A DNA stretch of 64,000 nt from Fimicolochytrium jonesii (taxonomy: Eukaryota): NCBI RefSeq assembly GCF_025526975.1, contig NW_026515668.1, positions 186,001 to 250,000 of the forward strand, written 5' to 3'. Below are positions 37,877 through 49,248 of this stretch, in pieces (the first letter of the stretch is position 1; each line of letters begins with the position of its first letter). The notes under the pieces were generated by a model. That model saw only the letters and a list, made by a program, of their open reading frames with translations, had not been told where the DNA came from and searched no databases. The position numbers and the translations under genes are program-made.

Positions 37877-39630
37877 CTATGCATGCGCTTCGCTGAGGCT
37901 AGCTGAACTCAAAAGATGAAGCAGTCGAATGAGCCCATGTGCGGGGAAATGACACTGGGAGCCGCGTACTAACCGAAGTAGGGATGCATCAGCGCTTCGG
38001 TGGCGGTTAACCGCTCTTCCGGATCATATTGAAGCAGCCGATCGATGAGGTCAACCAGCAGGCAGGTTCCTGGGCCGGCGCTGAGACGTGTGAGGGAGTC
38101 CAGCCTCGTTCGCTTTGTGCTGATGGGCGGAAATCGTGACGAGGATGAGCGACGATGAATGAGATGCATCCGTCTAAGAAAGCAGCTTTGAGCTTACCGG
38201 CAGGTAGATACGACTTCCAGAACTTCTGGGGTCATCAGGATGTTGCTTTTGCTTGCGTATGCTCTCAGATCCGCGCCGCCGAGGAGTTCGACTATGGTAG
38301 CAAGTTGATCCACGTCGTCGGTGCCTTTGAAGAAGACTTCTACTTGAAAGACCTACATTGTCCAATGAGCTCTCAGTCTACCAAACAATAGCCACTCGCA
38401 AAGCTCAGTTACGAGCTTACCATAGCAGCGAGCACACAGCCGACGCTCCACATGTCGAATGAGTAGTCATAGCGACGTTGACCGAGAAGGATCTCTGGCG
38501 GCTTGTAGTAGCCGGTCCCAACATGGACGGTGAAGTCTTGGTCCGGCACGTATACTTCGGCCACCCCCCAGTCAATGAGACGGAGTTCGCCTTTCTCCTG
38601 GTCAATCATGATGTTCTGAGGCTTTACGTCGCGGTGGATGATGCCTTTGGAGTGTGCGTACTGTAATGCCTTATGGCATATGGAGACGGAGCGACAGAAC
38701 GATGAGTATACATGCGTGTGCTTGACAGATGTAGCACCGCTGCCTACCATGATGACTTGGAAGCTGTATCGCTTTTGGTCTTCTTGGCTGAACGTTGGGG
38801 AGATGTCCATCCAGCTCGTGGGAGGAACAATCTTGAAGACCAACGCAGGGAGGTTGCTCTGTTGAATGAGTAAGGCCGGACGGTCAGATGATGCATGCGA
38901 TGAGCGGGTATGAGCTCCAAAGTATCTTACGATGCCGTCGACGAAGGCTTCGTGGAACTCTGTAATGGAGGGATGGTCGTCATAAGTCGCCGGCCCTCGC
39001 CGAGTAAATTGATGTCTGCAGACGCCATACCGATGATGTTTGGACCGCCGGCGAGCCTCTTGAGGATGAAGATCTCGCGTATGGCCTTGCTCATGCAGCC
39101 CTTCTTAAGGGCTTTGAGTGCGTATGTTGTCTTGTGGTTGGGACGGCATGCAGCGTAAACGATGCTGTTGGCTCCTTCGCCAATGACTGGGCCTCGTTTA
39201 TAAACTGAGCCATCACTGTAACGGAGATCATCGAGTATTTCATCAGCGACGACTCCTTCAAGTATGGACGGGTAAGCGGCCATCCACCATTGACGTACCA
39301 CCATTGCGGGCTACTCGACTTCCAATCGAGTTGCGGTTCTTCGATGTCAACGAGCGTGCATGAGGAGGAGGGAATGTTGCTGCCGTTGGTTCTTGAACCA
39401 GCCTGATAAGAAGTTGGGTCGCTTGATGCCCGACACAGGAAGCGGCGGAGATCACCGCCGACAGCCCCGGGCGTAGACGGGCTCATGCCTGGCGAGTCGT
39501 TCGTACCACTCGGCGTCCACGACCGCCAGCGACGGCCCATGCGCGGGGTGCATTTCTTGTCATGGCATTCCGAATCTAGTGGTGAGGGTGGAGTTTGACC
39601 CCGAAAGTGCTTAGAGAGAAAGGGAAACAT
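37877..39630 (-). CDS. Divergent casein kinase 2 alpha-like kinase
   Basis: Eight spliced exons give IGEGANSIVY, YALKAL, HRDVKPQNIMID, LRLIDWGVAE, YDYSFDMWSVG, EALMHPYF; DWG is diagnostic of CK2. Confidence 0.88.
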
Positions 39631-40909
39631 AGCGTGGCGGGTAGGCGAATGGAACAACTTTGCTGACGTCGTTTTGGTTAGACACTTTGCGATGAAAACG
39701 GGTGCGGACTTTTGAATAGGCACCTAAGAAGAAACGAATTGGGTTGTTCCGGACCACGATGGCACTTTAAATATGCGTCGTGGAATGGAAGCCGCCATAG
39801 AACCTGGGGAAGAAAACTTAGCGCTTGGAGCGGGTTGCGTTCGCAGGGGTCAGAGGAGAACACCGATTGCTCTTGAATCATCTATTGATGAAAGCGGTGC
39901 TGTTGGTCAGGACATTCCATTGACGACCAGGCAATCGTGACAGCATGTTTCTACTATCGGATGCGTGTGGGCAGCCGAGAGCATCGGCAGTGAAGCCACG
40001 CATCATGGTTTCGCGCTTTTTTGGGGAGAACTGGTTGGAAAGGATCCTCCACTTCACCCCATTGTTCGCTCAGGTTACCTCCTGCAAGGCGCTGGGGCGG
40101 GAAGACGGACGAGAGCGAAACAATCTTTCTCAAATTGATTGATTGCATTTGCTGAGGGGCTCGATGTTCTAGGTTCCTCTCGGATTGACCTTTTCGTGCC
40201 CTTGTCTTGATGCCGGTGACTACACCTACCTCGATCCTGTCGAAATGATTTCCAGGTCGTAATAGGTTTCGCTTTGTAGAGATCAAGGTTCATACCTGCA
40301 GGGTTTAGCGATACATTTACGGAATCCCGAACGTAATCCAGGGGTATACCGCAGGCAACCGAGGTTACGCCTCCTCATGACTGGGTAGTTTGACGCGCTG
40401 CTGGTCCATGAAGGTCGGTCGAGGCAGTGAGCCTTGTCGAGTGAGGTCCAGGGTCTTGCCTGCAGGTGTTGCCACCCATACATCATGAACGATATGCTCT
40501 CCATGTGCAAAGGCTCAGACATACATGGTTGAGGTTTCACGGTCGACTCACTTGACTGTTGCCGTCCATTCAGACCGAAACTCTCAGGGCTCGGCCCGGT
40601 CCCTGGATTGTGTGAGGCTGCTAAATGGGGCGGACGTCGGAACCAGTGTTACTGATGACCCGCGGAGGTCGACGGGTGTTCCAGATGCCTGATGGCCCAA
40701 GCCCATTGCCGATCCCTGAATGTTGCAGCTGATTCTCGGAGCCTCAGATGCCCCTTCTACACATAAAGGGTCTGCAGTGGGCAGCCCACGCCGACGCCGA
40801 CAGATGATAGATCTGCACGTATTGGAAACCTGCGAATAGCGGTAGACAGGAGCGATCCCGCACGGCGATCAGGGGAACGGGCTAGGTCTGTAGCGGCGGA
40901 GGGGAATGG

Positions 40910-41125
40910 CTAGAAGTGGGTAACTCGTGCTAAATGTGAGTAACTCGGGTTAGGGTTAGACTAGTTAGACAGTTGCCGAGCGGAGCGGGTAGACCCTGAT
41001 TGTAGGAGGCCGGGTAAGGCCTCAAATGGGTGTGGGTTTGTTAATCAAATGGTTCACTTTGGCTGTAAAAAAGTCTTATTCTTGAGGTGAGCTACCCACA
41101 TTTAGCACGAGTTACCCACTCCTAG
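40910..41125. mobile_element. MITE with 37-bp terminal inverted repeats (Tc1/pogo-like, TA or CTAG target site)
   Basis: CTAGAAGTGGGTAACTCGTGCTAAATGTGAGTAACTC (40910-40946) versus reverse complement of 41089-41125, CTAGGAGTGGGTAACTCGTGCTAAATGTGGGTAGCTC: 34/37 identical; noncoding interior. Confidence 0.8.
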
Positions 41126-41876
41126 TGACGCCCGCGGCGGAGTGGAAAGTTACGTAAACAGCGCGATATGTTGGCGAATCGGCGATTCGTCCTGTTCCAG
41201 CACTGAGTGCTTCCTTCTGCCATCGTGCGACGACTTCTCGAACACCGTCAGGGAGAGCCCGAGACACGGGTGCGAAAAGCGGAGTTATTGCCGTCTACAT
41301 TGGATCGGTTCAAAGCAATCGAGGGTGATGGACCACCTTTCATCAAAGGTATATAAGTAGGGGGGCGATAGCCGAAGCCCTTTCCTGATGCCAATCGAAA
41401 CTGCCACCGTGCTCGGTGTTCGGATCGAACCGAATTCTTTGTGTTTCTGGAGCGCTCCGACCGACAGATGCAGAACTCAAAAGGTGTTGGGTGTGTGGCT
41501 CGGAGTGACAGTTTCCTTGTTTACGATACCATTCAGGGGCAAAGAATATTTGGCTCGTGTCGTACCTCAGGCATGGGTAACGGGTTGCATGCATCCTTCG
41601 GGAACTTGTCGTACATTCGGTCATCTGGGGTGCGTCTTGGGCGGATGACATTGCACAAAACGCACAGTGAGCCAGGTGTGCTGATCGCTCTTTCAAACTG
41701 GGTCGAGGCCATGCAGAAGGCGGGTGTTCACTAGTGTTCATGTCGCTTGACCTCGACCATCAGTCGGTGCATCTCGGGCCTGACCAGCATTAGATGTACA
41801 TGCAAGCGTACCAGCGAACACCTTTGTCGAATGTACAGAAGCGAAAAGATATCATTTGGTAAACGAAAGCGATGTC

Positions 41877-41938
41877 AAGTCCTCAAAACTCTCAACGATA
41901 AGACTGTAAGTCCTCAAGGCTCTCAACGATAAGACTGT
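41877..41938. repeat. Tandem duplication, 2 x 31 bp
   Basis: AAGTCCTCAARRCTCTCAACGATAAGACTGT twice, 2 mismatches. Confidence 0.9.
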
Positions 41939-42133
41939 TAGTGGGCGATGATGGATGGTCCAGCAACAGGTTCCTTAGTCTAGGGAGTATGATTGGAGAA
42001 GACTGCCGAGACATATAGCAAGAACAAGAAGCGGATGGCAGCAGCGATATGCTCTACTCAATGTTTTCAAGTTCTCAGTCCCTCGGTCTGAGCCATTATT
42101 ACATTCAGTTTTTCCTGTACAGGAATTCAACCA

Positions 42134-42205
42134 GGTTCCATGGTCTAGGGGTTATGACTCAAGACTCTGAATCTTGCGACCCGAGTTCGAATCTCGGTGG
42201 GACCT
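42134..42205 (+). tRNA. tRNA-Gln (anticodon CTG)
   Basis: Cloverleaf: acceptor GGTTCCA/TGGGACC, anticodon arm CAAGA-CTCTGAA-TCTTG, T arm CCGAG-TTCGAAT-CTCGG; downstream T-runs. Confidence 0.97.
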
Positions 42206-42329
42206 TGCTTTTCCCCAACTGTTTTTTTGGGGTAATCCCACGATTTTCAACTTGAACCGCCCAGGAGTGGGTACCGACTCCTAAAGTAAAGTACCACATG
42301 CAACCGACTGGCTAAAGTTTCCAATCACC

Positions 42330-43217
42330 ATGTCCTTACTACCAACCCTCAAAGCCCACCTCGCCGACGCCCTTACAACACTTGACTCCCTACGGCATAC
42401 CCTGGACAACCTAGTGTACGGCGATGGAGCGTTTTCTTCAGAGACCGTAGCAGGGACTACATATGCGCGGCATGGGAAGGTAGCGGACAGCGGGGGCAGC
42501 AAGTGGCCGGGAAGCTTAGCGGAGGCGGTGCAGCAGGCGCGGGACGACGCTGGGATGTTTTTTAGGGCGGTTGGTTGCAATTATGCGGTTTCCAACCATG
42601 AGCAGGGAAAACATGGGATGACTGATCTTCTACCTCTATGCAAACACAGATCGACTGGACGGAACCCTTCATCCTAACCCTGGTAGGGTTTCACGTCGTG
42701 TTCCTGGCGTGGATATGCACGGGACGGAAGCAGTATGCGCGGACGGCGGTCAATTTCTTCCTCGTCGGTTCGTTCCCTTACTGTTCAGCTCATCCGAAGT
42801 GTAAGATTAAATACGCTAAAACACCGGATGGAATCCACAGGAGGACTCATATTCGCGTCACGATGGCTAAACACGTTAGGATCGCAGCACTACGCTAAGC
42901 TTGCGAGCGTGGACTATTTTGACCCGCATGGCACGTTTTTGGGCGTCATGTGGGCCGCACCGTTATTGGGGGATCTGGTTCTTTTGACGGTGAGTACATG
43001 AGCGAGGAGAGGTGTGAGCGGCAGCGGATTCCGAGTCGTGCTGGTGGAGACGCGCCCACTGACCTGTGGTCTATATCGCCAGATATTTCTGCTCCGACAG
43101 TCGATGGATATGATGATTCAGGTGAAACGGCAGCAGTTGCGGAGAGAACAGGCGGCTGAGAAGAGCGGGAAGGTGGGGAGGAGTGGTAATTCCGGCAAGA
43201 GCAAGAAGCAGCGGTAG
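42330..43217 (+). CDS. TMEM18: Transmembrane protein 18 family
   Basis: Four exons: FFRA|IDWTEPFI..L.GFH, WLN..G..HY....VDYFDPHGTF...MWAAPLL, MMIQVKRQQLRR basic tail. Confidence 0.85.
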
Positions 43218-43456
43218 TCGACTAGAATCTCGGTCGCGCCCATGCTCAGCTAACGCCTTATGACCGCCGGTCCCCACTGTCAGACGCTCGTTGCTGTAGA
43301 TGGTAGACGACAGGGATCTGCAAACAAGAACGTAGGATTGGCAGCTGGTCTTCCGGAGACCATCTCGGACGTTGGTGTTCGGATATGTACATGATGAAGA
43401 AACTAGATAAATTAAGTAATAGCGTGCTATGCTGCCAATGGGTTCGTGAGATGGCT

Positions 43457-44759
43457 CTACAGGAAGAACCGGCGACGGCTGGTGTCCAATTCCGGCTGCG
43501 TAGAGAAAAGAGTCTGCATGAGTATATGCTGCAATCCCCATAAGCAAAACACAATAGCCCATACCTTATGCATCCACTCATACTCCCCGAACCTGGTATC
43601 AAAGGTCCCCTTCTGCAGCCACCTCAGCTTCAACGTAAACCGCGGTCCCAACTCCTGCAAATCGCACCGCTCGCCATCCTTGAAAATATACCGATGTCGC
43701 CTGAAGAAGATGAAATCGCGCTGGTTGTGGAAGGTTGCGACCTGCCGGCCTTTGAATTCGGGGACGTGTGGGAAGAGGGAGGCGAAGAAGCGGCCGATGG
43801 TGTGGCCGAGACGGGTGTTGAAGTTGTTGAGGATTAATTCGGGTTTTTGGGGACCGGCGCGGCCGTGGCCCTGTTTGCGAGACATATATGTGAGGATCGG
43901 TGGTGGACAAAGGATTCTCAAAGAGGGCGCGACGTACCCTGATCTCTTGACTCAGCTTTATACTGCTCAGTTTGAAATGTGCCGTTGGTCCATGTGGCAG
44001 ATGGATCATCGTTATGGCGTCTAGAATGGGTAGACATGGGTCTTTGTCAAACGTCGTCTTTTTAACCACCGCCTCTCCTAAGGTCCAAGCTTCGCATCAT
44101 CCTCTGCTCTCGCATCCCATCCCCTCTGCACAGCATCTCCACTCCCCTCCTCCTCCACCCCCAAATCTCCCCTGCGTTACAAAAACGGGCGGACGTACTT
44201 GGCTTCTTTCGGTCCTCGTTAACAACCACAACGTCTGTGTAATTCCGCTTAATGGCAAGTTCCACAATCTTCTTGATTTCGAACTGCGATCCACGTTTCA
44301 CAAACTCGGCGTCAGGGAATATCGATACGAACTCTTCTGCAAACTCGTAAACGTTCTGTTTCGATCCAGCAAGCAGAAAATGTTCAGTACATCAATTCAA
44401 CTGTGTCACTGAGCCACTGAGTGCATCTCAATCCTCACCGCACTAGGCCTCTTGCTCGTCGTAACCAAGATCTTCGGCGGCAATCCCCCAAAATATTGCG
44501 CAAACTCATCCGTCTCCTCCTCCTGAAACACCTCCTCGTCCTCTCCCACCACCGTCTCGTCAAACTCCCTCATGTTATCCAAGGTCTTTGGCGCATTGTC
44601 CTTCAACCGCTGCTCCTTCAACTCGGGTGCGTCCGCTTCCTCTTTCTGGATCCGCTGTCGGCGTTTCAGCTTCGCTCGAGACTTTTCTGACTTGAGCTTC
44701 GAAACGACTTCGGAGCGCTTCATTTTGTTTTTTATGTCGTTGGGGTCGGTGGCTGGCAT
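43457..44759 (-). CDS. RPF1: Ribosome production factor 1 (Brix domain)
   Basis: [78 protein letters not shown]. Confidence 0.95.
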
Positions 44760-45239
44760 GCTGGGCGAGGTTGTTTGTCACCTTGCGGGTGAGATAATTC
44801 GTGGGAATGCTGTAAAAGGGGCTCGGCACTGTTCGCTTGGTCGGAATGCTGGCCCTGCCGCAAAGATATCGGCAGACGTTCAGGTCGGTTGACGAAAAGT
44901 GCGAAAGTCAAAATGCACCTCACAAGAGGGAGATGACATGGGCGCCATGTCGCAAGCCACACCAAGCCACATTGACGGCACCCGACAATTCAAAATACTC
45001 GACACCGTCAGTGGCTGCTAGAAGTACTGTACACTACCTCGCAAGTATGCTCATAGCTGGCCGTCTTTGGATTTGCTCCTTCCGCATCGGAGATGTGAAC
45101 GCTTCAGGTCACATCCATCGATGCCGCTTCCTTAAAGGTCGTGCATTCCTCTCGCATTCGCCATAGAAAAGCTGGTGGTGGGGAGGAGAAACCAGGGAAT
45201 GCGAACGCTAATATGCTCCTCTCTTTCCCAGCTGGTCGC

Positions 45240-45700
45240 ATGAGTACCACTACCCTGGCCACTATCGCGGGCAAGCCGATGAAATCTACCCACCCTCCGA
45301 CAACTCCACCAGGGCCGAAACCCTCTCCCAGCGTGAAACCCTTCAACCTCTTTTGGGTAAATGCCGTCCTCGCACTCGCGGGCACCGTAGTATACCGCAT
45401 CAACACCTCCTACGTCGTCGCCGCCGCCGAGCGAGGCGAAATACACCCGCTGACGACATGGCTGACGCGGTGCACGAACCTGATTTATTCACGGCGGAGC
45501 GGACGCATGAGGACCATTCGGAGTGGCTCGCGGTGCGGGAGAGGGAGGCGGATAATCTGCTGATTGTGCAGAGTGCGCATGAGCCACGGCCTTGTAGGAT
45601 TCGCTTCCCGGCATGTTTGAGCGGGCATCGCATTATTTGATTGATGTGGATGTGTCGGACGTAAAGACTGGGTATTCGTGGCTTTCCCGAGGCACAGATA
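45240..45700 (+). pseudogene. Frameshifted complex I 17.8-kDa (NDUFB5-type) subunit-like sequence
   Basis: TM segment then HPLTTWL / H..W....EREADNLLI...IRFP / MFERAS...IDV.VSDVK..YSW, spread over three frames (shifts near 45490 and 45610). Confidence 0.45.
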
Positions 45701-45917
45701 GATGGGGATCGAGGACACTGGATTGGTATATTTGGATTCGGCCGCAAATAGGAATTGATTGGCGCGATCAGACTGGACGGACGCAATGAAGATGTGAAGA
45801 AAGCGCCAATCGAGGCTTATGTATCGAGGCTTTCATCGACCGTAGCGACGTCGACCGTAGCCCAAAATTCTATTCTTGATAGTCCTTCCCAGACGAAGTC
45901 CGTCCAACACTTTGATA

Positions 45918-46817
45918 CTACGCCGTCGGCCGCTTCGGGCCAGGCGCCACAATAATCGACAAAACCTCCTCCAAAACCCACGCCGTCAGTCCCCAAATAG
46001 TCTTCCCCTCCCCCACAACCCAATTCCTCACCTCCCTGCCCCCATCCCTAAACCTCTCCACCTTCGTCTCCATCCCCACCAACTCCTTCAACCCAACCGC
46101 AAACACCTCCCCAACCTCACTATCACTAAACCGCATCGCCTTCGGATCCACCGGCATCTGCACATGACACAACACAGGATGTATCAAAATCGTATGCGTG
46201 CGGTCGGGCATCGGATGGAACACCCCCAATGGCGTCACATGCACGGGGTCAATGAAGATCTCCTCGTGCGTCTCACGCAGCGCTGTGGCGTACACATCTA
46301 TATCCCCCGGGTCCATTGATCCGCCTGGGAACGAGATCTCGCCGCCGTGTCGCCGGAGTTTGGCGCTGCGGACTGTGAAGAGGATCGAGGGGACGGAGTT
46401 TACTGTGCAGAGGGGGATGCAGATAGCGGCGTGCCGCCATGTGGTGTTCTCCGGACCCATGTAGCGCCATTTTGTGGGCTTGGTGGTGTGGAAATGAGTT
46501 TGGAGACGGTTTTGGTAGATGGCGAGGAGGCCACGGTCGAGGTGGTCTGGGGAAGGGGTTGGTGGTGGGAAGCGGGCGCCGGTGCGATTTGGCAGGAATT
46601 GGGGTGCTGCAAGCGGTCGTGGTGGTGAGCTGGTGCTTACCGCGGGTGGTGGTTGTGACGGTAGTGAGGATGGCGACCCTGCAGACATAGCCTGTGATGC
46701 GGACGGCAGTTTTGAGGCAGCTGAGAACGACCTTCTGAATATCGACGGTGAGCAAAGGAGGGTGCTACATATACGTCGTGATCTTCTCGTTGGAGTTGGT
46801 GACGCCCGCGCAAGCAT
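45918..46817 (-). CDS. Nudix CoA pyrophosphatase (NUDT7/8, PCD1-like)
   Basis: LFTVRSAKLRRHGGEISFPGG, ALRETHEEI, IWGLTA; single exon; mitochondrial-like presequence. Confidence 0.9.
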   Translation of the reverse strand: MLARASPTPTRRSRRICSTLLCSPSIFRRSFSAASKLPSASQAMSAGSPSSLPSQPPPAVSTSSPPRPLAAPQFLPNRTGARFPPPTPSPDHLDRGLLAIYQNRLQTHFHTTKPTKWRYMGPENTTWRHAAICIPLCTVNSVPSILFTVRSAKLRRHGGEISFPGGSMDPGDIDVYATALRETHEEIFIDPVHVTPLGVFHPMPDRTHTILIHPVLCHVQMPVDPKAMRFSDSEVGEVFAVGLKELVGMETKVERFRDGGREVRNWVVGEGKTIWGLTAWVLEEVLSIIVAPGPKRPTA

Positions 46818-47319
46818 GACTCAGTCTCTCGTGCGGCTACAAGCGAAGCTTTGGAGCGCGGACGGAATCGCGGAATGCTCTTCTCCAGTTACCGGTAGGG
46901 TGAGAGAGGACGGTCCTCCTGCATGCGTATGTAAGATCTCGGGTGTGAGTGCAGAGTGCAGACTGCAATTCACAACTTGCCCCTTGTCGCTGCGCCGTCA
47001 GACCACGATCGATGACGCATCATTGCAAGGCATCGCGTAATCAGCGACTCCGACTACATTGTTCGCCCCAAGGCTTGCCCATTCCTATAAGCCTACCAAC
47101 TGACCACCACTGAGCGAGGTATGAGGAATCACAGCAGCCGGCCTAACGATAAGAAGACACCCCGTCAACAACGTAGAAGAAAAAGTAGTACCAAAAAGAG
47201 CAAATCGTATTAAAAAACAAAATGCGAAAGCTGTAATGTCTATGGGTAACAGTAAAAACAAGAATCTATGGTAGATCTGAGGGTATACTCTAAAGCGACA
47301 GAGTAGTCTAGTGGAAAAT

Positions 47320-48318
47320 CTACGCCGAGAGGATGTTGTGGTTCACGAGTTCCTTGCGGATCAAGCCGGCGATGATGCCGTGGGTCTTTTCGGTAGGGTG
47401 AACGTCCCACATCAACTCGGGGGATGCACAGGCGGACCACGTGTTGAAGTTCGTGATGTCCGGCTGCGTGATGCATGGTGTGGTGGCATTCTGGAGGGTT
47501 ATGTGGTATCCGAACGACTGGGCGTTCAAGATGACATACGCCAGACTAACTTCCATCGCCATGGAGACAACCTTGATGTCCGGGTTCGCAAAGTCGAACT
47601 TGAGGATCTCTGACGCGAGGAGGAAGTTGTGAGTGACCCAGGGGAGGCCGCTTGCGGGGGGCAGGTTGAACACGACAATATTTTTAGCTCCCGCAGCTGC
47701 AAGAGCATTGAGCGAAGTGACGATCCCTTTCACAACTGTGGCGGGGGCAGCATCGGGCTTGTGGAAGTAATCATTCGCGCCGGACCAGACGGTGAAAAGT
47801 GTAGTGGCCGCAATGTCCTTGGTGAACTTGCCCTTGTTCTTGGCAACCCAGGTGGAGGTCTGTTGCACGAGACCGGGCATCTGGTCGGGTAGGTACTTCT
47901 CGCCGATAACACCCTGGCCGGGGATAAAGTTCGCGTCGGAGGTGGAACCGCCATACGCCAAGTTCTCGACGGAGGCGCCGAGGTTCTTGCTCAAGGAGTC
48001 GACCCAGTTGTTGCCGTTAGTCCACCGACCGTCTTTGTAGAACTTCTCGGGCCACAATGCTGGGTTTGCGGCCGTCTGGGACTTCAGGAGGAGAGCGCGG
48101 GAGTTGCCCGTGTCGGAAAGACTGTCACCGAAGACGACCATCTTCTTGACGCCGACCGGCTTGGCACTGAGGATCTCCCATGGCAACAGACCTAGAGATA
48201 ACCGCCGCTCGAGGCTGTCGCGAGCAGCCAGGGTGGAGTGGATCTCGCCTTGAGACAGAGCGGTAGCGCAAAGCGCAGAAGACAGAGCGAACCCAAGGAT
48301 GGCGAGGGTGGACTTCAT
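47320..48318 (-). CDS. Secreted SGNH/GDSL esterase (CE16-like)
   Basis: Signal peptide MKSTLAILGFAL; VFGDSLSDTGN, GRWTNG, GAND, WDVHPT; intronless. Confidence 0.88.
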   Translation of the reverse strand: MKSTLAILGFALSSALCATALSQGEIHSTLAARDSLERRLSLGLLPWEILSAKPVGVKKMVVFGDSLSDTGNSRALLLKSQTAANPALWPEKFYKDGRWTNGNNWVDSLSKNLGASVENLAYGGSTSDANFIPGQGVIGEKYLPDQMPGLVQQTSTWVAKNKGKFTKDIAATTLFTVWSGANDYFHKPDAAPATVVKGIVTSLNALAAAGAKNIVVFNLPPASGLPWVTHNFLLASEILKFDFANPDIKVVSMAMEVSLAYVILNAQSFGYHITLQNATTPCITQPDITNFNTWSACASPELMWDVHPTEKTHGIIAGLIRKELVNHNILSA

Positions 48319-49248
48319 GGTAGCTGTTGTTGGTATTGAGCTGTTGGAATGAAAGTAGGACGGGAAGACGGATGGCACCCCCGGCTTTTATCCCGATGTG
48401 GGAGCATTTGCGCAAAACGAACGATCTGCCAATGCCGACCATACGCGCAAGAGCAAACCACGCGCGCACCCCCACACGCATAGCAAACTCCGGACTCTTT
48501 TCCGATAATTCCAAAGAAGTGTGTTCCCATTTGTGAGCACATTTCGAAGCCTGAAACCGTGGGCGATCCCTGTTTGTCGTCAAATACGCCTCTCTAAACG
48601 CTACCTCACTCCCTTTTGGGCCAAATTTGGACGCGAGCTTCGCGAATTTGGGTTGCGCTTTCGCGTAACCGCGGGTGAAAGCGGGCTGGTACCGCTGGGA
48701 ACTGCTGGGATCGGGTGTTTGGCAGACAATGCTCCGGGATGTTTGGGACAGTTGTAGTGTGCCTGTTTTCGGTCGTCCATTGTCGGAACCTTCATCCGCA
48801 CCGTGTCGATCAATTTCATTACTTCCCGAAAACACGGTGTGGTCCAGCCGCCATGCAGCGTCCACTGACCGGTGTTTGGCCGCGTCGCATGCGCCACGCT
48901 TACGAGGCGAGGCTTGAGCCTGCTTTGAAATTTGCGGACGAGTGCGTGGCATGTGTGCGTTCGTACCGAAGATAACCACAACCTGTACAGACACATTTTC
49001 AGCTTCCTTCATTTTCAAATGTCCAAATTAGCTCTACCAGCAGAGAGACGGGCGGGGATGAAAGAATACTGTGACTACGATTATATATGCGTATATTAGA
49101 TACTGTTAATGGATATATGAGGGGTACTATGTGAAGCGGTTTCTACGCCGTATGATGGATGCAAGAAAGAGTCAAGGCCGCGGTCGTATGCGTTGGCGGG
49201 TAAGGTGTGTGCGTTCGGATTGTGGGACTAGAGGTGTGTTGGGAGGCT

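Noticed and set aside
39950..40560. Splice-site-like signals and short ORFs upstream of the CK2-like gene
   Set aside because: Could not be assembled into a recognisable protein; may be UTR or decayed sequence
40540..40960. Telomerase RNA gene
   Set aside because: A template-like 13-mer is present, but it covers more than two repeats, sits inside TIRs and has no evident downstream U-rich pseudoknot; kept only as a minor alternative
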